Assembly (NCBI RefSeq): GCF_036321535.1
Contig: NC_087438.1
Coordinates: 13,518,001-13,582,000 of the forward strand
Reading direction: 5' to 3'
DNA length: 64,000 bases
Origin: Camelus dromedarius
Lineage: Eukaryota
This document shows positions 12,126-25,072 of the stretch, piece by piece. Position 1 is the stretch's first letter. Every line of letters starts with the position of its first letter. The translations under genes were made by a program, and so were the position numbers. Under the pieces are notes generated by a model. It was not told the origin of the DNA. It saw only the letters and a list, made by a program, of their open reading frames with translations, and did not search any database.

Positions 12126-12623
12126 CGTAATGGGAAGGAACAAATCTCACTCCACATTGGATCTGTTTCTTTTACTTTAACCTTTGCATTCTATTGCTTT
12201 TGCTACAAGTTAGGAATGTTGCCTATAGCTTGAAATATACAGGATAGCCCATTCTCAGGACTCTGACCTTTAACAGTATAACACTTTTTCATTCATATAG
12301 AGATACAAATTTGCAGAACAGGGAATAACATTTGTTTTGTTGGAGGTTTACAGAAACATCATGAACTGACCTATGTGGACAACTGCAAGAACAAAGAATT
12401 CTGACACCAAGAAGTTTGCCACCAACCAACCACACTCCCTCCCCTTTTAGTATAAAAGAAGCCTGTATTTTAACTTAGGGAAGTTGGTTCTTTGGGACAA
12501 TCATTGACCATCTTCTCAGTCTTCTGGCTTTCTGAATAAAGTCACTATTCTTTGCCCAGCAAATTGTCTTTTGATTTATTGACCTATTGTTCAGTGAGCA
12601 GTGTGAGCTTGGACTCAGTAACA
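12126..12623 (+). mobile_element. ERV1 solo LTR (MER41-like, artiodactyl type)
   Basis: About 500 bp. TATA 'tataaaa' at 12451-12457, AATAAA at 12535-12540, 3' end 'gagcttggactcagtaaCA'. Confidence 0.8.
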
Positions 12624-14817
12624 AACAATACGAATATATCTATAAATCTATATTTATCTATCTCTATATACACATATGTAAATATGTCAGCCTCTATGTG
12701 TGTATATATCCATCTTCCATAGGTGAAAATTGATTTAATTTAATTTAATTTAGCTATTATTGGGTTACTTACTGTACAAAAGACTTTATTTCATTGTGAA
12801 TAAAAGTTTTAAGTGAACCATGAATATTCTACCTTTATCCATATCTACCCTGCACATCAGATATTTCTAGGAGAAAATCAAGAAACCCAGACTGGAGATA
12901 TTCAGGAAACTTTTTAAAGTATGTTACTATTTTGGTGAGAGAATTGCAATTGTAAATTGCACCTAAGACTATTTACGTTAAGGGTGGAGAACGACAGATA
13001 AGGGACATGTGTGTTATCTAGATTTTTGAATTGAGTTATGGTTTTATTTTCAGCTAAAGCTGCTTTCAGAAAGTCTAAGCTTTATTTTCTAGTCATTCCC
13101 ACAATCACAGCCTGAAGCTCTGGCTATCATTGTTTCTCTGAAGCTGATCACTGCTACTCTCCACTGTCTTTACTGTTTATATTATTCATACTCTCCTCCT
13201 TCTCTATGAGTTCTCTAAGGGTGTTTATCTTCCATGTTAAAAAATATAGGTCTTTTAGAGGCTCCACAGGCAAGCTGAAAATGTAATAGTCACATATATA
13301 TATAAGTATACATCTTAAATATTTTATCCATCCCAAAGTTTGGGGGCTCAACGAGTGCACATTTTAATGAGAGATTTTATTGTTGCTATTGTTACTGCTG
13401 CTCTTTCCTCACTGTTCCATTTGCTAACAAAGGATACATCACACTAGAGTTATGAATGCTTCAAAATACTCAGTCTCCTGTAAACCCAGAGTCATAGAAT
13501 TCTACTTGGTTTCTGTTTTCCTAATAGTGCATCAGAATTCATGCAGATACTTAAAACCTGTTTCTTCCCTCAGATTCACTTCCTGATTATTCACCAATAG
13601 TATTAGAATTTTATCTTTAATAAATTTATAATGTTTCTAAATGAAAATCTTGTTTTCATGGAAAAGTGCAATTGTCCTTAATATTTATTTTAACAATGTA
13701 AATTCATTCCATTTATAAATTTATTTGAATCTTCCTTCTATTTTCTTGATGACATGTTACTGTTTGCATAATTTGGTTTACTTCTAGATATAATGTGATA
13801 TTTTTCAAGTGTTGTATTTCCATAAAAGCTTGTTTATTTTACATGCTTGGCTTGTCACCAAGAATAAGACCTTGAAAAATTAATATCCTAAATGATAAAC
13901 CTTAAATAAGATGGCATGTAAAGGTTCCAACAATTAGGTTCTTGAGGCAGGAGATATGACACAGTTGTACATGTTAATTAACCTTCAGAGAAGCTTTATT
14001 TTTTAACTTTGAAGACTATAGAAAACTATAATGAATAAGCCTGAGGTGCCTAGTTTAATTTAGAAATTCTGTTTTTTTGGAAATCAATAGGAAATAATTT
14101 TTCTGGCCAACAAATGATTTTCAGCTATTCAAATATTTTATAACTTCCCTGGAATTGCTTTTTGCCAATGCCTTTTGCCTGAGCAGGAGGGAACATCTTA
14201 GTGAACTTGGTCCCCTCAAGCACTGAGCTGACATACAAAGTTAGATGTTAGGTTACATAATGTAATTGGACCTCACTCTCCCTGGCTCAATTGCTGTTTT
14301 GTCCTCCAGCTTTTTTTTTTTTTTCTCCTCCTCATTTTTTTTTTTTTAAACCTGACATATACTTAACTAACATCAGAAATAAAACATCCCTCTAATTCCA
14401 ATAATGTCTTAACATATTTTTCTTAAACACAAGTGTTTTGCTTTTTAAACCCTAGGCTTTGGGCAAAACTGTGATATTATACATATTTGTTTTCCTACCT
14501 CATTCCAGGCATCTGCAGCGTGGCCCATCTTACTGGGGTCTAGCTATCTAGCTGGATGTCAGTTTTGGCAGGCTTAAGATGTTAGTTGGTACTACTTCAG
14601 ATCCTCATACCCACAGAAATTTCACAAATTAAATGGGACACTAGAAATAAACAGAGTCTTAAGACCCAAAAGAAAGAATTATTAATGGTAAATTATCAGG
14701 GAAAATGATAAACTGTGATCCTACACAGTAAAATCTCTCTTACTTAGGATCAGTAAACAGCAATTTAATTAAAAAAGTTAAATAAAGTGAAAAATTAAAA
14801 TAACATATAGACACTTT

Positions 14818-14960
14818 TGTGAAAATTAATAAAGAGACTTCAATGAAAGAGAGCTGGGAGACCAGCAGGGGGACCCCTCACTCTCTGCAATGCTAGCAAA
14901 GCAGGAAGTAGAAAGACCTTTCTTTCCAGGCAATGACTAGGCCAATGAAAAACCAGCATA
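14818..14960 (+). mobile_element. 5' LTR of the provirus, truncated at its 3' side
   Basis: 'tgtgaaaattaataaagagacttcaatgaaagagagctgggag...tctttccaggcaatgactaggccaatgaaaa' aligns to the first part of the 3' LTR. The similarity stops near 14960. Confidence 0.8.
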
Positions 14961-16931
14961 CACCCTCTTTGCGTTTGAATCTCTCCAGGCTTTATTGAGG
15001 ATCTGCTTAAAGCTTTTGTTTTTCTGACCTTGTTCCATGTGCAAGTACTCATTCAGCACACTGGTCCCATTTTGAGATCAGACTGTTTCCACTGAATCTG
15101 GCTGAGAAGCTTTGAGCTCATTTCTTTGGGGACAAGGATTGTTTCACTGAAATTGTGCTATTGTTTAGACTTTAGTCCATCCCTTTGGAATAGGGACTGT
15201 GCTCTGGAACTGGCTAAGAAACTTTCAGCCTACGTCTTCTCGGACCTAAGTGTTGCCTTTGAACTGGCTGGTATTAGACCTGTAGGCTGTTTGAGATGTT
15301 TGAACTGTTTAAGCTCTTTGAGCTGTAAATAGTTTGAAAAGTCTTCTTTTACTCTAAAGAACAAACCTCTAGGAAATGGGATCCTTGTTATCAAAATATT
15401 TTGAAGGCAACCCCCATAGACAAGGGCTCTGGTCAATTTTATCTTTAAAAACTGGGTTCTGCCTTATAACTATATGAACCTAACTGATATATAAGTGACC
15501 TTTCTAGGTTACTTTTGATATGCTCAACCGATTTTTTTAAACCGAATTGAACTACAATAGCCCTAAAATTTTCAGAAATGAATGGAATGCCTATTGTAAT
15601 TATGATTTAGAGGCTTCCAAATGTTACCCAAAGCTTAAAAATGAAGCTGAATTGTGAATCATTGTCAAAGATTTTTCTAAAGTAACTAATAATCCTCACA
15701 GATTTGCCGAGGAATTTAATATAGTTACTCAAACTTATCACGTTGATTTCTGACTTACATGAGCTGTTTCATATGCTTGTTGGTGAAGATCAGGCCCAGC
15801 ACTGGATGAAAATCACTAATAGAAAAAGTTCTCTAGAAAAAGTCTCTAGAATTAGAACTAACTTATTATCTAATCAGGCTGGGCCCATTGCTAGGTAACT
15901 TCATTGAGCAATTCTTAGGGATTTTCCAAAGCATGTTGACTGGAACAAAAACCAAGGTTGCATTTAAAAATTGGGTGAACATGTTCATAATAATTACAAT
16001 TGACTTCAGATTGTTTTTAAAGAACATTCTAGTCTTTCTTCGGATGTTGATTCCAGCCATCTAGCTTTAACTCTATGTTTATTAATGGGCTGAGCCAGGA
16101 TCTTTCCCTTCTAGGAAAAAGCACCAGGATGGAATGAGAAAAAAGGTCCACTTCAAATGTAGTAAATCTGGCAAACCAGCTTTCTCTCACTCTAGATGAG
16201 TCGCCTAAAAGGAAGACCACAAAAATCCATAATCTTTAACTTCAGCAACCAAAGGCCCCTAAACAAAAGCAAAAGTCTCCTAGTTTCTGCTATTAATGCA
16301 AAGATCCAGGACATCAGAAAATAGATTGTTAGAAATTAAGTGCTTCAGGTAACTTTAGAAGCCTTTCCAAAGTCTCGGCAATTCACTATGGCAGGGCTCC
16401 CAGTAACTACAGGGGATTTTCCCAATCCTGCCTCTCAACTGAGTTGAGAAAACATTTCATCAGATTGAGGGTGAATCTCTTCCTGCCCAACTGACATTAG
16501 AGCCACACTCTCAGTGTTTGACCCATTGCTGTAAGATAGCCCCTGCCTCAGAGTACTAAAACCATTCAAACAGGTTCAGATACTGGGCATCAGTATGAAT
16601 CCAAAGAGATTCTTGTCTCTGAACCTGATTCCTTGTGTTTGGGCCCTTTGAGAAATACATATGCTTTCTACTTAGTTCCTCTGCGCCTATCTATTTATTA
16701 GGCCAAGTTTTCTTGGAAAAGGATATACTGGAATTTCTTTCTTTCTAAAGGGAAAAATAATTCTAAAGTTTGACAGTAGTTATCAAAACAGCCAACCAGG
16801 TGAATTAAATGACCCTTGGCATCTTTTATCTGTTCCATCTCTGCTGCTACCTAGAGCGGGTTCTAGAAACACTGATCAATTGTCCCTGTTGAATCAGCCA
16901 CTACCCTCCTTATGGGCAAAATCTTTAACTG

Positions 16932-18500
16932 ATGTTGACAAAATACACAACACACCACTCATCAAAATTCAAGTATTTCTTAAAACTTGTTTCCAGAGTT
17001 AATCAATATCCTATAAGCAAAGAAGCCCTTCAAGGTACAAAACCCGTAAAAGGAGATTACAAGGCTCAAGTCTTCATTATCCCTTGTACTCGTCCCTATA
17101 ATGCTTCAATTTTTCCATTGCAAAAACCTAAGGGCTGAGGGTGGAGGAATATCCAGGACCTCAGAGCAGTAAACAGCATTGCTATCCCTCAACACCCTGT
17201 TCTTCCTGACTCTCACTCATTACTAACATCCATCCCCACCAGGAGTAAATTCTTTACTGTAATAGATGGATGCAGGCATTCTGTAGCATTCCAGCTGATG
17301 AAGCTAGACAATAACTTTTTGCCTTCACTTGGGAAGAAAAACAATTCACCTGTTCAGTTTTTGCTGAGAATCCTTAGGTTTTGCTGAGAATCCTTGCTTC
17401 TCATATCCTAAAGGCTGATCTGGATAATATAGCATCCCCTAGGGGTTCATTTTGTCACAATATGTGGATGATATGATTCTGTCCTCTCCTTCCTAAGCCC
17501 CCTCACAGGAAGACACATTCACTCCTTAGAGGTTTTATCGTTAAAGGGACAGAGGTTTGCCAAAGAAAACTTATAGTTTGCCCAAATCCAGTTTTAATAT
17601 TTGGGAAATCTGATATCAGAACAAGGGCTACACATAAAACCAGGTAGGTTTTATGGTGTCATAAGTTTTCCCATACCCCAAACTAAGCACCAATTGCAAG
17701 GTCTCCTGGGGCTGGTTGGTCATTGCCAAAATTAGATTCCAAATTTCTGTCTTATGGCCAAATCTCTGCATGCTATATCAAATGATAACCCAACCTATTT
17801 TTATGGGAAAAACCAGACAACATGACTTTTAAGGCCTTAAAGGAGTGTTTGATGAACCCATCTGGCCTTGGGCATCCCAATTATCAGCTTCCTTTGTTTT
17901 CCTTTTTTGTATATAAAAATGAAGGGAGTGCCTTTAGGGTATCACGCAAAGACCACCACTGACCCATAGGATATTATAATCAGCAACTGGACCCTGTGAT
18001 GTGGGGACACCCCACCATCTTAGAGCCATTACTGCCACTATTCTTTCAATTAAGTACAGTGGGAATCAGTGTGGGATCACTTTTAACCATTTTTGTACCT
18101 TATGCAGTAGAAACCCTCCTGGAGTCTCATCACATGTCTCTCATTTCACATTTCTCAGACAGCTGCCTCACAGTCTGTGAAGTCCTTTTGTTAACTGCTC
18201 CTCACGTAACTCTTCTGTAATAATAAACTTAGCTCTGCTAGTCTTCTCCACTCTGTCACCTATGAAGTCCCCCACAAATGATGCTGATGGAACATCTCCT
18301 GACTCCTGGTGATGATCTTCTGGACATTGAATGTTAACTTCTCAGGGTTTACTGATGACTTTATTTAAAAGGTGGCAACAGCAAATATTGTGCTGGGTAT
18401 ACTGTTGCCACTCCTTTTGGTGTCACTGAGGCAACATTGTTACCTCTGGCTACTTCAGACCAACAAGCTGAATTATATGGTCTTACATGTGACACATCTG
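16932..18500 (+). pseudogene. pol: Gamma-like pol remnant (RT, connection, start of RNase H)
   Basis: 'NQYPISKEALQG...IIPCTRPYNASIFPLQKPKG*GWRNIQDLRAVN', 'KFFTVID' and 'FAFTWEEKQFT'. QYVDD ('caatatgtggatgat') at 17458-17472, then 'LQGLLGLVGHC'. Many stops and frameshifts. Confidence 0.9.
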
Positions 18501-18924
18501 AAAAATGCATCAAACTACAATCAGACTTGCACATTATCTGGTGACTTGAAAGTCAGCATTTCCTGGAATTGAAGCAGATGACATCGTATGGGACAACTTT
18601 CCCAAGGTATTAGAACCAGGCCCATTGGCAGTTTGTTGCCAAACCTTTGATGATGACATATACTTCAGATGATCTCCAATGTCTACAATCTTGATAAAAT
18701 ATAGGCGTTAGATAAAAGAGGCCTGAGAGCTCTCCCTCTTACCCAAATTGTTACTTGAATGTGATCTCAATAGTTTTCCAGTCTGTGCAATTTCCCTTCA
18801 GTGTGGGACAGTACACCCAGAAAAGGTCCTTATTGGTATTGAAGGACAAAAAGTCCTGAAACAGGAAAACCTGACTCTTGCTTGTCAATGCTTTCAGAGA
18901 AATATCTTGATCAAAAGGGAAAAA

Positions 18925-19270
18925 TGCAAAAAAAAAAAAAAATGATAAATAGAAACTTCAATTAAATAGAGTTGGGAGGTCTGAAGAGGGAGCTCTCATG
19001 GCCTGAGTTAACAGCACAACCCAATAGGAATAAAACTCCTCTTCTTTCCAGGTAAGGACTTACTTAGCCAGTGAAAAAGCATGGTTATTACAGTCCTACC
19101 ACATTCCTTTTCACTTCTATAAATTGTTCTCCCTCCATTTATGCAAGAATTGCACTTCATTTGCCAGAGTTGCAAACCCTGAATTGCAATTCTCTGCTGA
19201 TTCCAAATAATGCCCCTTCCTTTTTTTTTCCTGAAGAAATAACTGTCAGTCTATTTGTCTTAGGTCAACA
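18925..19270 (+). mobile_element. 3' LTR of the provirus
   Basis: TG directly after the PPT, TATA-like 'ctataaa' near 19117, ends 'taggtcaaCA' followed by the TSD. Confidence 0.85.
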
Positions 19271-19569
19271 CTTTAAACATTTATTTGTTTTAAACTTGTA
19301 AATGTACATCTATTCAGTAGCAATCTGACGTGTAGTCAAAGCACTTTGTCTGGAATAGAATGTAAAAAAATTAAACAAAAATTATTACGATAAAAAGTAC
19401 AACTGACATAAACAGGTATGACAGCAGCACAACTGACTGCTGTTAATTAAACAGCTCAATTGGAGAAAGCAAAAGTATGCAGCCAGCTGTAGGAAGTGGT
19501 CTGCCTGCCACGAGGGTCCATTGTGCAGTGGGCATTCGTGAGCATTTTTCTCTCTCTTTTTCCATTCTT

Positions 19570-20027
19570 TCTTTCTTTCTTTTTTCTTCTGTATTAAGAA
19601 CACTTATTATGGGATCTAAATGCAATACAGTGATTTCACCTATTGGTACAATGCTGTACCATGTACCTCTAGAACTTAAGTCATTTTGTGTAGCTTTAAC
19701 TGTATACCCATTGCATAGCAGTTCCCCATTAACACTCACCCCAAGCCCCTGACAACCACTATTCTGCTCTCTGCTTCCAGGAATTTGACTATGTTAGACA
19801 TTCCATATAAATTGGATCATGTAGCATCTGTCCTTCTGTGACTGGCTTATTTCACTTAGCATAATGCCTTCCAGGTTTATCTATATGTTGCCTGTGGGAA
19901 GATTTCCTTCTTTTTTAAGGCTGAATAATACTACATTGCATGTCTATTCCACATTTTTTATCCATTGATCCATTGACAGACACTCAGGTTGTTTCCATAC
20001 CTTTGTCATTGTAAATAACTCTGCAGT
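19570..20027 (-). mobile_element. L1 3' UTR fragment (L1MA/L1MB-like)
   Basis: 'gcccctgacaaccactattctgctctctgctt', 'ctgtgactggcttatttcacttagcataatg', 'ttttttaaggctgaataata'. Confidence 0.88.
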
Positions 20028-20569
20028 TGGAACCAAGACCTTGGAGAGATTATCTATGCTCCTATATGAATGTTTTCCAAAAAGGGTGGATGACATTAGT
20101 TATCCCAGTTGGCTAAGAGACAGCCCAAGAGAGATTTTACCAGATTCCTTAAAATATACTGTTTAGTGCCAAATGACCATTTCACAGATAACCCTAATAA
20201 AGGTTCTGTGTTACACTGTATTTCCACACATGTGAATTACAGAGATTAAAAGTAAATTAAGTAGCCAGAAGAAGATTGCAGAAGAAACTATACAGAGTTA
20301 AAAATAAACAAACAAAAACCCCCACTCTGATTTAGAATGAGTTATTCTGGTTTAATCAATGATCAAAGAACACATTACAAAATATGAAAAAAAAATGAGT
20401 GATTTAATATATGGCGACTTGGGTCCACTCATCCATTTCAGTTTGGTCCCAGCCACCTCCATGCTGGCTGAGTAGTTCCTCAGTGGACTGGTAGTTTCTA
20501 CCCTCTTCCTTCTACTCACTGTGCTGTAGCAACGTGGGCTTTTAGGACATTCTTTACACAAGAAAGGCA

Positions 20570-20850
20570 CATTTTCTCTAAAGCTCCTTCTGCAAGTTAC
20601 TACCTTTCCACCCCCACAATATGGCTCCATCTTCGCCACATATTCTGTCTTTGTTTTAATGTCTTAAGCCTATAATTTACCTCATCACTATTTTATACTT
20701 TCAGAAAATACTTATTTCTGTCTAGGTTTCTTTTCTTTAATGTCTCCTACTACTGGAAATTAAGTTCCATTAGTGTAGTACATCTGTATTCCCTGTGAAC
20801 AAAACTCAGTATACAATAGACCATTGATTAATATTTCTGGAATGATTAAA
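20570..20850 (+). mobile_element. L2 3' end fragment
   Basis: 'ctggaaattaagttccat...ctgtattccc...attaatatttctggaatgattaaat' resembles an L2 terminus. Confidence 0.5.
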
Positions 20851-21269
20851 TTGTTGACTATTTTTCCTATTTCTGAATGAGTTCTAAGTTGATTATATCT
20901 ATCTGATTTCTCTCAAATGTTTTTTTTTGCCATTATAACTAAGTTAAAGAGAATAATTATAATGATTATAATTATTCAATTTCAAATAACTATTAAAAAG
21001 ATGATAAGAATCATCTTCTCTCTAAAGTGTTTCATAATCTCCTTATTTGTTGAAATTGTTGAGTCAAGAGTACAGTTTATTTTTCTATGATTTTCTAATC
21101 AAATAACTCACTCAATTTTCTGAGGTGATAAAATCCAGAAGTCTCTCACTAATTGAATAAATTTCATAGGAAAGAAATATAAAGAGTGAGCAACTAAACA
21201 TTTGAATTGTATCTCTTTTCTATTGCCTTTAGAAGTTTTCCATTTAGATTTTTTTTTTCCTATCCAAAC

Positions 21270-22260
21270 TTAGCTCATCAAAGGTTAAAACACATTGAAT
21301 GAGGGCAAAATTCTGTGTTCTGTTACTTTAGTGACTTCTTGGAAGTTATGTGTTAGCATCCCCAAAAGATCATCAGCAGTTTTAAGGGATAAAGAGCTGG
21401 CTTTATCACCATTGACTTCAGATAAGGAGACCCAGTAGATAATTGGGCTTTTTGGTTATTGGAAGAAGCATATTCTACCCCTGGGAATACTATTAAAGTG
21501 CCTATACAAAATTATTTAACATTTGTCAAACTTAAATGAGGTTGTCTGCAATAAGAAAGTTTGAACACAGTTTAAGCAACCAGAAAGCAATCCTTAAATT
21601 CGGGCTGCTTTCTCCTCAGGTGCCGTAAATAACAGGTATCTTAATACCAAATGTGAAACCTTTGTCAGTAAGATTCTGCTAGTAATTTATGGTCTCTGGG
21701 CGTTGGACAAAGACTTTCTACAGGTACTGAATGCCACAAATACAGAGTTAGCCATCATTTCTAGAAAATTACTGATCCCTAATACAGACAGACAATCTCA
21801 ACAAAGGGTACATTTGGCTATTCAACCCAAAATGTATATCCTGCAATGAAATCAATGTTTCCCAAGTTGTGGGAAGACCGAGACAATTCCCTTGTGAAAT
21901 GGAAATAGGTTGTCTATTCAAATGCGAAGCTATGCCCCTAAGACCTTAACTAACTTGACAAAAAGCCATGGGAATCCATACTCTGGTCTCATCTGCTGTT
22001 TACCTAAACCACTGGTTCACTTTAGCTCTCTTTTGGGAGATTTGTCATCTGATAATAAAGCAAAGTTCACACATGGCACCCCCATCCTCCATAATGACAG
22101 TAAATTGTCAACAGCTTGTGCTATTGCAAATGAGGGCCATGGGTTGAAGTTATGTATTATTTTTGTAGAGAGACAAATTTGTCTTAAATTGAATGAAATT
22201 CATCTTAGGTTCGTGGAGTGCTGCTAAGAGCCTAGTTTTATTGTTAAATTTATTGTGTCA
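21270..22260 (+). pseudogene. pol: Class III (ERV-L-like) pol remnant: RT thumb to RNase H
   Basis: 'RDKELALSPLTSDKETQ*IIGLFGYWKKHILPLGILLKCLY' (about 21386-21507) ~ ERV-L KKEAQRLVGLFGFWRQHIPHLG. 'KAKFTHGT' in ORF 21910-22227 ~ AWFTDGS. Confidence 0.75.
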
Positions 22261-22340
22261 ACCAATTACTAGAATATTAATGACACACACAACTGGAAAC
22301 AATGAAACAAATACAATAACTATCACACATTCAACCTTTA

Positions 22341-22400
22341 TGATCGATCGATTGATCGATCGATCGATCTATCTATCTATCTATCTATCTATCTAATCTA
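22341..22400. repeat. Compound microsatellite (GATC)n(TATC)n
   Basis: Read directly: tgatcgatcgattgatcgatcgatcgatctatctatctatct... Confidence 0.97.
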
Positions 22401-25072
22401 CCCCCAATAAAAAAAGAGGTAAACTTGGAGGAAAGTTTCTGGAGTGAAGTATGTGATCAAGAATGTTTTGTCTTCATTTCTTCTCTACCCTGCTGGATAC
22501 AGGCTTGATCTTACCTTGAAAATGAAGATATCGAGAAGGAATGGAATTCAAGGATTTATTTTAAAGATCTTCTACCCAAGATCAGGGACCATGGTCACTG
22601 AGCTATCATCAAATGCTTTGCCTCAACCCTCTTGTATCATGTGATTATGCATGTAAAGTTTGTTTACTGAAGATTTAGAATTATCAGAGTGTCATATTGC
22701 ATACTGTTTCAGAAATTCATTGGCTGTTTTCCCCAACCAGTTATGGCTTCCTGGCCATTGAAGTTGTAATATCCCAAGCTGCTTTATAATTTTTTGGTCA
22801 TCATTCTCTTGATCATCCTCTCTCTAGATGCTTTTCCCTACCTCCTTACAGGTGTTATCAGTAGGCAACTCCATATTATCTATTACATTATTTAAAAACA
22901 AAACAAAAATTTAACTTCTCTTGGTTTATACATTTCCCAGTTATGCTATGCTCGATGGAGCCTCACTAACGTTTGGTGGGGAGTTTCTTTCTTTTGTTTT
23001 ATTTTGTTTTCTGAATAAAGAAGCGGTTCCTTCCCTCAGGAGAATTCTTTAAACTTTTGACAATATTTTCCTCTTGAAATTGTATCCCTGGATATGAATG
23101 GAACAATCCTGGTATGGAGATTCATAATGATACATTGTTGATTCACAGAGAAAGTTGAAACCCCCTCCTTTAAAACTGTACTGTAGATATTGTCCACAAG
23201 TTCTGACTTCAAATGGCAGGCTGTTTTAAGAATACAAACATATCACACATTCACTGCTAATAAATGTTGTTTATTGAAGTGGTTTAGCTTGAGTAGACTC
23301 CCTAAAATTTTAAACGATCACTCTCATCGGAGGTTTATGAACGCGCTGCTTATCTGTTCTACGAGTACAAGTGAAATAGTCAAGCTGTTCATCAGTGACA
23401 TGATTAGGCAGGCTCTAAAATGCTTGTAATTATGTTTAGGAAATAGCAGTTTTTCTTTAGTGATGGAGAAGCTTTTCTTCACATTTGCACTTTGTAAGCT
23501 CATAGAATGGTAACGGTAAGTGAGAAAACTTCTACTCAAGTTGAATTTTACGGCAAAATGGTTTCTCATATTTAAGGTGAACTAGAAACAAGGATCTGAG
23601 AAAAATAAATGCAGAAAAGTGCCATAGAGTTTATGAGTGTCTTTAAAGCTGCATGAAAGGCGGCTTTTATTTATTTATTGTTTCCTTTTTCCTTTTCTTT
23701 TCTTTCCCTTCCTCATCTTGTATCACCCTTATTCCTAAAGTGGAATTTAGGAAACACAAAATTGTTACTATTAAAGGAAAGTGAGGCAGACGTTTTGCTA
23801 CTCAAGTTCTGATTCACAAATATTCATCAGCTTTGAGATCACAAAAGTGCAAAGATAACATTTTTATTTATTTAAAATTTTGTTTTGTTCCATTCTTGTC
23901 ACTCAGTCCATAAATTCATTTAAAAAATAATTACTAACACATTTCAGTTTATACAACCATCCTACCAATCACTGAATCCATCAATACACATTTAAACCAA
24001 GAAGGTATTTTTTGTTGTTGCTGTGTGGAATGTATCAGAAATAAAACACTTTGCCCCAAATCTTATTGTTTGAAATGAATTCATCAATAATCTCAGACAT
24101 CACCAGTTTGAGTTCCTACAGACCTTGTGAAAACGGCTATTCCACTAGCAGGAGAAACCCATTTCGTGTAGTAAACCTTCAGCAAATAAAATATTTTTGC
24201 TTTGAGAAGCGTAGTTAGCATTCTAACTGCCTGTTTGTTTTGCTACAGTAAAGAATTTTTTTTGTTAAAGCAAAATATCGAACAGAGGAAAAACATCTGA
24301 AAGCAGAGTTAACTATGGAGACTTGTATTGACTGTGGCTGGGGAAGTGCTTCCACCTGATAACAGAGTGGGTGCTGTTTCTCCACCCAGGCTCATAACCC
24401 AGGCTGCTCTTTTCAGTTATCAACGGCTGCAGGCACGGGGGTCAGGCTGCTCTGACAGGTCTGTCTGGGGGTTTGCAGCTGTGGCTGGGAGAACACAGGG
24501 CCAGGATTCCAGGCCCCCTTCCTTGCTACTGGTGAGAATACACTGGTTTCCAGACTAGCTGTGGCAGTTCTTTGTCCCTCTCTGCAGATCTTGTTAACTC
24601 TTTGTCTCAATCTGGGACAGATTAGCATACCAAAGCACCACTTCCTATGGATTTCTTGATTCTTTGTTGCATCTTATGGACTCTTGACTTTTCAGTGGAC
24701 TGTTTTAATTGCAAAATTTTCCTTTTTTTTTTTAATTGAAGTACAGTCAATTGCAACGTTGCATAATGACAATTCACATCTGTCTCACCATATAAGCCAA
24801 AAACCAGTTCTGACTAATCTCCCACACCAGTCAAGATAGGCCCCCAATGCTCTAGCTTGTCCCTCAAGAGAATTTGAATATGGTTTCTCTGCACCACAGC
24901 CATTGCCTGAAATAAAGGGGCAAGTTCCCATCATCCCAGCCCACACTTTGCTGCAACTGAGTGGGGTGTATCTGAGAGTGCTTCTCTCCCAGCTGATGGA
25001 GGTGAGCCCAAAGCCTCTGACTCGGGGCTCCGCTGAGCCCCTGAGCACCTTCCATAGGCTCATAGTGATCTT

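Larger units (their letters stand above)
14818..19270 (+). mobile_element. Degenerate class I (gamma-like, ERV1) provirus; no env recognisable
   Basis: 4-bp TSD CTTT at 14814-14817 and 19271-19274. Two homologous LTR starts (14818 and 18925). PPT 'aaaagggaaaaa' at 18913-18924. Internal RT motifs. Confidence 0.9.

Noticed and set aside
16932..17138. 68-aa ORF as a functional gene
   Set aside because: It is a fragment of gamma-like RT ending at a premature stop inside a dead provirus.
21910..22227. 105-aa ORF
   Set aside because: Part of a decayed class III pol, with the catalytic TDG changed to THG and neighbouring frames broken.
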